DNA of 64,000 nt. Source: Candidatus Micrarchaeota archaeon (GTDB lineage: Archaea; Micrarchaeota; Micrarchaeia; Anstonellales; Bilamarchaeaceae). The stretch spans positions 90,304-154,303 of the forward strand of contig JACRGD010000005.1 in the NCBI GenBank assembly GCA_016212525.1, written 5' to 3'. Position 1 is the stretch's first letter. The number at the start of each line of letters is the position of its first letter. The notes beneath the pieces are model-generated. The model ran no database searches. It saw only the letters and a program-made list of their open reading frames with translations, and was not told where the DNA came from. The position numbers and the translations under genes were made by a program. Of this stretch, positions 28,235 to 35,628 are shown piece by piece.

Positions 28235-31200
28235 ATGAAACGGGTATTCCTCCTAACCCTCCTGTCTCTGTTAGTATTGTCATTCTCAATTGGTCCTGGT
28301 TCTACCGAGCCAGTGCCCACTACTGACAGTATCGACATCAGTGGAATTCTTGGTTCTGGAACTGTAACCGAACTCGTCGCTTCGGGTCTAATTAGTCCGG
28401 AGTGCAGCCTTTGCGAAGATCTTTCAGCATATTCTCAATCTTTTCTCAATATTATAAATGACGATACAACCTCACATCTTCAAATCGCCCTTACTAATTC
28501 TTCACGAGCCCCTGTACAGCGCGCTCCGATAATTCTTCGAATAAATGGTAGCGGTTCTGACACCTATCGCGTTGTCTACACCAACAACCGGGGAATTGCA
28601 TCTTTCGATTACGGTCCATACAATACGAGCTGTCAGAAATTCACAGCATTCTACTGCTATGGCTACAATTCCTGCTCTTTCCTTAAGTGTCTCCATGCCC
28701 TGGGTTTTGAAGAAGGCAGCGAGCCATACTCTGATTTTAGTTCAGTGCCATTATCTCCAAGAACCATTCGTCCAACTCTTCGCCAGAGCCCTGCTCTTGT
28801 CAAATCGTCTTCGGCTACTTTCAACTACTGTCCAACTCCGACTACTACCGTTTCAACAACTCCGGCATTCTGCCTTCCTTTAGTTCTAATCGCAGTCCTG
28901 CTTCTTGGCGCTCTATATGTCTCAGGTCGAAATCCCTTTATGGCGTTCGATCTTTCCAATCCTCATGTAGGCAAACACATCCGCTATACTGCACGACAAA
29001 GAAACATTTATCATATGGATACTGTCGGTGCCGCAACTGCCATTACTAAAGTAGTCGGTGCTGTTGCAAATCCAACCCAGACCCGCTCTACTGAGAGTCA
29101 ACAACTCAGATCTGGTTCGGGAATGGTGGGTTTAGCAGGCGGTCTTACTGGTGGAATCCGTGGTGCGGTGCAGGGAGCTAGAGGTCTTGGTACTGCTGTC
29201 CGATCTGCTGGCGCTAATGCCCGAAACCCTACTGCTACTGGTCCTAGGCCAAGTACTGCCCGGACAATTGGCAATGCTTTTACACAATCCCTGGGTGGTT
29301 CTTCTCTTGGTCGTATGATTGGCGGAATTGTAGCTGCCGGCCGAGGTGGCGATCCATCTACTACTCTCTTAAGTCGAATTGGTAACATTGCACTAGCAGT
29401 TCTTACGAACAGTAGCTTCGGATATCTTGTTTCTGAACTTGGCGCTACGGTTCGATCACTCCGACTCGATGCAAATCTTGAGCGGGCATTACAAAATTAC
29501 ACCAACTTCCAGCATCATGTCGATCGAAGAGAAACTACTACTGTTGATGGTGAACAGGTTACCGTTACTATGCGCTACACGCTCACCGCAAGAAACGGCA
29601 GAATGGAAATGACTGTTGCCCAGGTTCGTGAAAATGGCGATGTTATTCCAAATTCCAGCCGGCCTGTTTTGCAATCTGCTCTTCCTGAAGAAGTTTCAAG
29701 ATCTTTCGGGACTCAAATTCACGACCGTGCACTAACTTACTATCGGACTTCTGCAGTTGAAAACGGTCGCTCGGCAAATGACGAGACGATTCGTCTTGGT
29801 CAATTGGCATCCGCTGCTGCTTCAGGTCGAAGTCTTTCTGACTTAGCTCCGGATAGTCCACTTCGCGCAGCTCTCGCAGCAAATGGTCTGGTCTTTGGCA
29901 CATCTGATGAGCGATTACAACTGGGTCGCGCTGTTGCTGCAGCACTTACTGATCCTTCTGTTCAAAGTAGTCCTGCGTTCTGGGAAGCACTTTCCTCTGC
30001 AGTAGGTGAGCGCAATGCCCGTGAAATGTTCGTATCTGCAAACCGGATAGTTGCTTACAATGCCGAAGCAGCATATTCCGAGCGTCGGGCGGCTTTATTG
30101 GAAACAATGCCTGGTAATGTTATCATGTCCAATCAAATGTTCATGGCATATCAGTCGCTCATGGCCCATGCCAATGGATCAGCTGCACAGAACCTCGCTG
30201 CGACTGCTTTGGCTAATGTTGCAAGTTCTACTTCAGAATCCTTTTCCTTTAATGCCGGAGGCGAACAAGGTGGTTCATTAATTGGCCGGTTCAGAACTGC
30301 AGCTGATCTAGCTGCTGCTTCTTCAGAGCAGGATCTTGCAATTTTAGGTATCGCCCGGGCCACTGCACTTAATCCCCAATTAAACATTCCAAATGTGGGT
30401 AATATGCTCGAGCGATTTAGTGCAGATCCTATTGCTAATGATGCTGCCGGTCTCCTTGGTGCAAATGCTGAACAATTTAATCGAGCTACTGTAGCTGATG
30501 GTACTAGAGTTTATTCAGAATCCGCAGCTGAAGTTCGGGATTACTGGCGTGGTATCGGTCAACTTACTGGTGTTTATGCCGCTTCCGAGGGCGATTCCAT
30601 GGCAGCCGCCCGACTTAATCTCCCAACGATTGCACAAATTACTACTAATTTCACTTCTGACGATAGTCATGTTGATGCCACTCGTTATGTCCGTGCGCTT
30701 GTGCATGCTCAGATGAATGGAGATAGTGTTCAGTTAGATCGCATTTTGGCTTCTTTGGATCGCTATGGTCATGCATCCGATCCAGAATCCCGGGCTGCCG
30801 AATCAGTTCGATTAAGTACACTCGAATCGGTTTCAACTGCCCAAGCAAACGTTCGTGCACAGGGCCTTGAAGTCATAGATCGTCAGAGAACATTCGAGTT
30901 TGCAAGGCGCGATCTTCAACAGCAGATCGATGCTTTGCCTTCGGACGATCCAAGGCGTTCAATATTAGAGCAGCGAATCGAATCTCTTGCAGCTGCATAT
31001 GTTCAATATACTGAGGCCTCATCTGCCCGCAGTGCAGCACCTGGTGTTGAAACTTCCCAGGTGGGAGTTACTACCGATCGACTGTTCCTTCAGGCAGATG
31101 CAAACTTCCGCACTCTTGTTGCGACTTCCCTTGGCGGTCGAATCGATGGCTATATAGAGACTAATCTATCTGCTCCTGCAAGAACCCAATTCGTTGAGGA

Positions 31201-31996
31201 TCGTACTGCAATTGCAAATACTGACGCGGCCGTTTCCGGATCAAGAATCCCTGATATAATTCGTACTATTCCAAATTATGAAAATTTGGATCGCTCACAA
31301 TTGGCTTCTGCTGTTACTCAAAGAAGTGCGTTTCCTTATGAGCAGGCAAGAGTTGCTGCAATTTCTGACGTTTCCGAATCCGATCTTCATGATTTTGTCG
31401 GATCGTTAAGGCAGCGGGAACTGGATGCTTTGCATCGTCGTCATGAGTCTTCTGTTTCTGATCTTCGTGCCGGTAGCTATGCTCAGGAAGAGAGGGCAAT
31501 AAATGAACGTTATGATCGGGTTGAGCAAGCCTATGAACATATGAATACTGCCCGTTCCGAATCTGTTACCGAATCAAGGCGCATAGATCGCGAAGAGTTC
31601 AGTGATGGTACTTCAGAATCTCCGCGTGCTGGTACTACCTCCTATAGAAGTTCTGCTTCTTACGCGGGCCGAAGAGCGGCTTCAGATACTAATCGGAATA
31701 CTGCCGAATCTGACTTCCGTGAATCTGTACGAGACACGTTTGGTGGTGCTTCTGCCGGTTCAGGTTCAATGCAGACCCACATTGATCGATTCCTTGATAA
31801 TCATGCCTCTAATCAATCTGCCGCTACACTTAGGGGTGCACGTGAACGACTTCTTGCTGTTCCCGGGTCTTCTAATACGGATGTATTGAGCGATCATCTT
31901 CCTACCTATATGCCTACTGGTGCACCAACTGACTTTAGTGGTCGGTCCACTCAATTCGTCTTTGATCCGGTTACTCGAACCATGGTTGCAAGATAA
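28235..31996 (+). CDS. 1253-aa bipartite membrane protein: a Cys-containing ectodomain, one TM segment, then a ~980-aa Lys-free, Cys-free Ala/Ser/Arg-rich region
   Basis: Signal peptide, then a ~190-aa N-terminal domain with 9 Cys. TM segment AFCLPLVLIAVLLLGALYV. After residue 272 I find no K and no C by reading the translation. A Gly-rich stretch (GLAGGLTGGIRGAVQGARGLG) follows the TM segment. The many spurious antisense ORFs indicate locally raised GC. Confidence 0.8.
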   Translation: MKRVFLLTLLSLLVLSFSIGPGSTEPVPTTDSIDISGILGSGTVTELVASGLISPECSLCEDLSAYSQSFLNIINDDTTSHLQIALTNSSRAPVQRAPIILRINGSGSDTYRVVYTNNRGIASFDYGPYNTSCQKFTAFYCYGYNSCSFLKCLHALGFEEGSEPYSDFSSVPLSPRTIRPTLRQSPALVKSSSATFNYCPTPTTTVSTTPAFCLPLVLIAVLLLGALYVSGRNPFMAFDLSNPHVGKHIRYTARQRNIYHMDTVGAATAITKVVGAVANPTQTRSTESQQLRSGSGMVGLAGGLTGGIRGAVQGARGLGTAVRSAGANARNPTATGPRPSTARTIGNAFTQSLGGSSLGRMIGGIVAAGRGGDPSTTLLSRIGNIALAVLTNSSFGYLVSELGATVRSLRLDANLERALQNYTNFQHHVDRRETTTVDGEQVTVTMRYTLTARNGRMEMTVAQVRENGDVIPNSSRPVLQSALPEEVSRSFGTQIHDRALTYYRTSAVENGRSANDETIRLGQLASAAASGRSLSDLAPDSPLRAALAANGLVFGTSDERLQLGRAVAAALTDPSVQSSPAFWEALSSAVGERNAREMFVSANRIVAYNAEAAYSERRAALLETMPGNVIMSNQMFMAYQSLMAHANGSAAQNLAATALANVASSTSESFSFNAGGEQGGSLIGRFRTAADLAAASSEQDLAILGIARATALNPQLNIPNVGNMLERFSADPIANDAAGLLGANAEQFNRATVADGTRVYSESAAEVRDYWRGIGQLTGVYAASEGDSMAAARLNLPTIAQITTNFTSDDSHVDATRYVRALVHAQMNGDSVQLDRILASLDRYGHASDPESRAAESVRLSTLESVSTAQANVRAQGLEVIDRQRTFEFARRDLQQQIDALPSDDPRRSILEQRIESLAAAYVQYTEASSARSAAPGVETSQVGVTTDRLFLQADANFRTLVATSLGGRIDGYIETNLSAPARTQFVEDRTAIANTDAAVSGSRIPDIIRTIPNYENLDRSQLASAVTQRSAFPYEQARVAAISDVSESDLHDFVGSLRQRELDALHRRHESSVSDLRAGSYAQEERAINERYDRVEQAYEHMNTARSESVTESRRIDREEFSDGTSESPRAGTTSYRSSASYAGRRAASDTNRNTAESDFRESVRDTFGGASAGSGSMQTHIDRFLDNHASNQSAATLRGARERLLAVPGSSNTDVLSDHLPTYMPTGAPTDFSGRSTQFVFDPVTRTMVAR

Positions 31997-32324
31997 TTTC
32001 TATTTCTCTTGAGAATCTGAATCATTGTTTGTTCTACTGACTTACAAATACTATCATTTTGATAAATTGATTTAATGAAATGATATGCCTTTTGATAAAA
32101 AATTTTGGTAAAATGTACTAATTTTCTATTAGAAGTGCCTGATTATTGTCAATTGGACGAAAAAATTAGTAATCGCCGACACCACGCGAAACGGCCTAAG
32201 CGAAGCGAAGGACGTGCAGCTAAGGACGCAAGCAGAGGAAGCCCAGCGCGAACGCGAAGTTCCTCAGGGCTTTGACCAACTCCTTTACTTTGCCATAAGT
32301 TATGCTCAAGTCAAAGTAATGGGT

Positions 32325-32338
32325 CGCCGACGCCAGGA
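32325..32338. repeat. 14-nt exact copy of the tRNA-Ser 3' end (CGCCGACGCCAGGA on +)
   Basis: Identical to 32392-32405, which is the T-stem plus acceptor 3' strand of tRNA-Ser. It lies 67 nt beyond the tRNA 3' end. A further degenerate copy, CGCCGACACCACG, is at 32174-32186. Confidence 0.6.
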
Positions 32339-32391
32339 CGCGACCCGATTGCAAAGGAGGGGAAGCATCCTGGATAGGCGGAACAAATTGA

Positions 32392-32526
32392 CGCCGACGC
32401 CAGGATTTGAACCTGGAATCCACGAGGGATCAGTTTGCTTGAATATTTTTAGTCAATTTTTTGGTCAAGCTTTTTGCCAAAAAGGTTGTTCAAGACTGAC
32501 GCACTACCGGGTTATGCGACGTCGGC
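32392..32526 (-). tRNA. tRNA-Ser(UGA) with a 53-nt canonical (37/38) intron
   Basis: Minus-strand sequence, with the intron in brackets: GCCGACG-TC-GCAT-AACCCGGTA-GTGC-G-TCAGT-CTTGAA[53-nt intron]A-ACTGA-TCCCTCGTGGATT-CCAGG-TTCAAAT-CCTGG-CGTCGGC-G. The long variable arm fits Ser. Exon TTGAA pairs with intron TTCAA, as in a bulge-helix-bulge motif. Confidence 0.8.
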
Positions 32527-32581
32527 ATAATTAGCTATTATTTATGTGTTTGATTCCTTTTTAATTCTTTTTCCTTTGTGC

Positions 32582-33157
32582 TTATTCCATTTCATGCTCC
32601 CCTTCTTCGCCTTTTATCTGAGGCTGCTCTGATGGAGCGGGTTCCTGGGTTGATGATTCTGACTCCTGATTCAGGGTGGTCTGCGAATTGTCTGGAACAA
32701 CCGGCACATTCTGTATCACAAAATACTTTCTGAATTTGTCTGTAAGCACTAGTTTAGTTGTTCTGCCTGCACGCGGTGTTTTTACAAATCCCGCTTCAAC
32801 CAGTTCTTTTACGTCTATATAAACCTGGCTTCCAATTCTCTTTACTAGGTCTGATTTAAGCATTCCGTCATGTTTGGAAATGTACGCCAGCGTTCTAAGT
32901 GCGCTTTTGCTTAGTTCAGTTTCCTGGGCATATTGTTTTACCTTCTCGACATATTCTGGTCTGATACGCATCTCATATCTGCCATCGTTCTCGCTTATCT
33001 CGATTGCCCGATCGACATATTCTTTTTTTAGTTCCTCTATTGTGCTTTGCAAGAATCCAAGTGCTCCTATTCCTGTGAGTGTGCGAAATTCTTCGAGCGC
33101 CATGGGTCTTGCACTCATGAACAGTGCAGCTTCAATTAGTTTTTTCTCTTCTTTCAT
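32582..33157 (-). CDS. scpB: segregation and condensation protein B
   Basis: LIEAALFMSARPMALEEF...ELKKEY and a tandem winged-helix pattern (TLAYISKHDGMLKSDLVKRIG). I prefer the start at MKEEKK. Confidence 0.7.
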   Translation of the reverse strand: MKEEKKLIEAALFMSARPMALEEFRTLTGIGALGFLQSTIEELKKEYVDRAIEISENDGRYEMRIRPEYVEKVKQYAQETELSKSALRTLAYISKHDGMLKSDLVKRIGSQVYIDVKELVEAGFVKTPRAGRTTKLVLTDKFRKYFVIQNVPVVPDNSQTTLNQESESSTQEPAPSEQPQIKGEEGEHEME

Positions 33158-33683
33158 TGTAATCCCGCAAAAGGTCAAGTGTTTGTTTGACGTCGTATCT
33201 TATTCGATCAATCTTTTTCCGTTTGGCCTTTATTGCGAAAACTATACTCGCTAAACTTTCTTTAATGCTTCTGCTGCTCGTTTCAATCTGCAATACTCGT
33301 TTCTGTCGTTTCTCGGCGTTTATCAGACAATAGTCGAGCGCCTCGGCAAGTAGGTTTTCCTCTACTTTCCATCTGGGATATTTTCTTCTTATTAGTCTTT
33401 TTAGTAGTGTTTTGGGCTCTGTTCGAAGTACTATGGCAACGTCTGTTTTAACTTCGATTTCGCAGGCCAAATGTCCCTCTATTATATAGTTGCTGCAATT
33501 TTTGGTAACCTCATTTACTATCTTCTGAAGCTTTCTCGTATCTACCTGATCGTTCTTCTCGATGAGTTTGTTCTCCCTGGCTACTTCACTTAGGTCTATT
33601 AGAGGTATCTCCAGTTTCTTTGAAAGCGCCCTGGCAATTGTGCTCTTTCCTACTCCGGGTGTGCCAGTTATCATAATTTTCAT
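33132..33683 (-). CDS. fap7: Fap7/AK6-type nucleoside-triphosphatase (adenylate kinase-like)
   Basis: MKIMITGTPGVGKSTIARALSKKL P-loop. About 180 aa, with the typical archaeal Fap7 layout. Confidence 0.75.
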   Translation of the reverse strand: MKIMITGTPGVGKSTIARALSKKLEIPLIDLSEVARENKLIEKNDQVDTRKLQKIVNEVTKNCSNYIIEGHLACEIEVKTDVAIVLRTEPKTLLKRLIRRKYPRWKVEENLLAEALDYCLINAEKRQKRVLQIETSSRSIKESLASIVFAIKAKRKKIDRIRYDVKQTLDLLRDYNERREKTN

Positions 33684-33702
33684 GTTTTCGCCTTTTAATG
33701 GT

Positions 33703-34023
33703 CTATAACTTTCCCGAGAGCTCCTTTAGATATTCCCGTGCGAGCTTTAGTGCTTCCCTTCCCTTCTCGCTCATCTGATAATATTTTCGTCTTTCCCTGT
33801 ATTTTGAACTAATAAGTCCTTCGGATTCGAGTTTATAGAGCACTACGTATATTAGTATTTTATTGGGTTTAAATCCATGTTTTTCCTCTATTTCTCCGTC
33901 GAGTCTATATGCATATGTCTCGTTCTTTTCCAGGATCGATAATATATAGAGCCAGAGGTTTTCCGTCGTTAGCAGACTCTTAAGTCTCTTTATCGGCTTT
34001 GGTTGTTCCTTTTCGCTCATCAA
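33703..34023 (-). CDS. PadR-family transcriptional regulator
   Basis: LWLYILSILEKNETYAYRL...IYVVLYKLESEGLISS winged-helix signature. Confidence 0.75.
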   Translation of the reverse strand: MMSEKEQPKPIKRLKSLLTTENLWLYILSILEKNETYAYRLDGEIEEKHGFKPNKILIYVVLYKLESEGLISSKYRERRKYYQMSEKGREALKLAREYLKELSGKL

Positions 34024-34071
34024 TTTAGACTCGTCTGCTTTGTTTTTTAATATTGTCTGTCATTTAGTTTT

Positions 34072-34413
34072 ATGGGATTATCTGATGTCTTTAAGGGCAT
34101 GTTTTCCAAGAAATCCGAAATGCCCGAGGGCAAAGGTACAAATGAACTTAAATGCCCCAATTGCGCGACTCCCATTAGTCTTTCAATGGAGCGATGTCCC
34201 AGCTGTGGCGTGCGTATAAAAAGTATGTTTCGGATGCGCTGTCCAAAATGCAATGCGCTCAATGAACTGGGTTCGAAAAAGTGTTCCAAGTGCTTTTACG
34301 ACTTTTCAGTGCCTTCCGAAAAGCCTAAAAAAAGTTATGTATGTCCAATATGTGGGTATGAAATGGATACATTCCTTACTTCGTGTCCGGCGTGCTCAAC
34401 CTCTTTCGTGTGA
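34072..34413 (+). CDS. multi-zinc-ribbon protein
   Basis: Six CxxC pairs, forming about three zinc ribbons (CPNC...CPSC, CPKC...CSKC, CPIC...CPAC). Confidence 0.6.
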   Translation: MGLSDVFKGMFSKKSEMPEGKGTNELKCPNCATPISLSMERCPSCGVRIKSMFRMRCPKCNALNELGSKKCSKCFYDFSVPSEKPKKSYVCPICGYEMDTFLTSCPACSTSFV

Positions 34414-34429
34414 GGCGGTGTAACTATTC

Positions 34430-34996
34430 ATGGAAACATTCAAGACTGAAAAATCCGAGAAAAAAGAGGAGCCTGTTCAAAAGAAAAAATTTCTCAACCT
34501 TTTAGACGAGGACGAGGTCGAAATAAAACGTCTTGATTCTGAGGATATCGAGGAAAGTGTTGCTGTAATGCGCAAATGCTCATTTGATGTTACTGACAAG
34601 GAAGTAGGATCTATCGTTGCCTATGAGAAGAGCTTTGGAGCGACTGTCAACCGGATGATTATCGGCGTAGGCCTTGCATGGCCTGCTTATTTTGATCCAA
34701 AAACCAAGACTTTAACCTCGGCAACTCCAAATTGCCTGTATCTGGAAGACCCGGCAGTTCTTCTTGCCTATGAGGGAAGAGGAGTTCGAAGAATTCTGGT
34801 CAAGGAACGTGAGAATGAAGCACGCAACCTTGGATACAAATATGCAGTTGCCTATCTTTCCGAGGATTTGCCAAAGGGCGAAGTTACTGACTATATTCGG
34901 GAGGGCGGATCTGCCTTAGAGCGGCTCTATCTTACTGAAAATTACGAATTCGCGAAAACTGAACGAGGTATTCTGGCTTTTAAGAAACTTGATTAA
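34430..34996 (+). CDS. hypothetical protein, possibly GNAT-fold
   Basis: LLAYEGRGVRRILVKERENEARNLGY resembles GNAT motif A (R/QxxGxG/A). The call is weak. Confidence 0.4.
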   Translation: METFKTEKSEKKEEPVQKKKFLNLLDEDEVEIKRLDSEDIEESVAVMRKCSFDVTDKEVGSIVAYEKSFGATVNRMIIGVGLAWPAYFDPKTKTLTSATPNCLYLEDPAVLLAYEGRGVRRILVKERENEARNLGYKYAVAYLSEDLPKGEVTDYIREGGSALERLYLTENYEFAKTERGILAFKKLD

Positions 34997-35024
34997 GACT
35001 AATTAATTCAAATCTCAAGTGCCT

Positions 35025-35576
35025 CTATTTTCCTGATTTCTTCTCCTTTGTCTGCTTTTTAGCCGCGCCTTTCTTCTGCTCTGCATTGCCTTTACTTGTA
35101 TTCATCTTTAGTACGTCTCTCTTTCTCATGCCCTCTAAATGATATGGCATGATTATTTTCTTTTCTTTGGCAGAAACAAAGCTCATCTTCTCTTCCAGTT
35201 CATCGTCAACATGGCCTGCGCTCACTACGTTTTTGAAGCCAAGTTCGCGTGAAACCTGCTTTAGTTGCGAGAACATTTTTCCTTCGCAGGTTACCCCATC
35301 CTCATTTTTCACGACCCGATGTTCTATTCCGATCTGTTTTGCTACTCTTCTGATGTCTTCCAATTCTTCTTTTGGATAATTAAATGGTAAAACTGTTACT
35401 GCGATTGCCTTATCACCTAGCTCTTCTCTGCATACTCGTGCGAGTATTGTGCTATCTAGACTTCCTGAGAATGCAACAAGTGTTGTTTCGAGGTTTCTTA
35501 TTCTTTTGCGTATCCGATCCTCGCTTCCGGCTAATGTTTTATCTACGCTTTTTTTCGTTACTTTTTTCTTTTGCAT
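35025..35576 (-). CDS. PP-loop ATP-pyrophosphatase-family protein (COG1606/LarE-like, short)
   Basis: VAFSGSLDSTILARV is a variant of the SGGxDS PP-loop. The C-terminal tail is lysine-rich. Confidence 0.5.
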   Translation of the reverse strand: MQKKKVTKKSVDKTLAGSEDRIRKRIRNLETTLVAFSGSLDSTILARVCREELGDKAIAVTVLPFNYPKEELEDIRRVAKQIGIEHRVVKNEDGVTCEGKMFSQLKQVSRELGFKNVVSAGHVDDELEEKMSFVSAKEKKIIMPYHLEGMRKRDVLKMNTSKGNAEQKKGAAKKQTKEKKSGK

Positions 35577-35628
35577 ACTTATAATCTCTGTTGCTTTGTA
35601 TTTTAAATTTTGGGGACGTACTTATCCC

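Noticed and set aside
28502-31954. About a dozen 60-100-aa ORFs on both strands inside the 1253-aa gene (for example 29098-29388 -, 29643-29945 -, 31602-31889 +).
   Set aside because: They are shadow ORFs caused by the locally GC-rich, stop-poor composition of a single long, convincing reading frame. None has a signal or motif of its own.
32326-32527. A plus-strand tRNA using GCCGACG (32326) and CGTCGGC (32520) as its acceptor stem.
   Set aside because: It would be entirely antisense to tRNA-Ser, and it lacks D-, anticodon- and T-arm features on the plus strand. The pairing is a by-product of the duplicated tRNA end.
32214-32534. 106-aa (+) and 67-aa (-) ORFs across the 32.2-32.5 kb gap.
   Set aside because: They run straight through the tRNA-Ser gene and the GC-rich spacer. 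The translations are Arg/Gln-rich nonsense. The region is better explained as RNA or repeat sequence.
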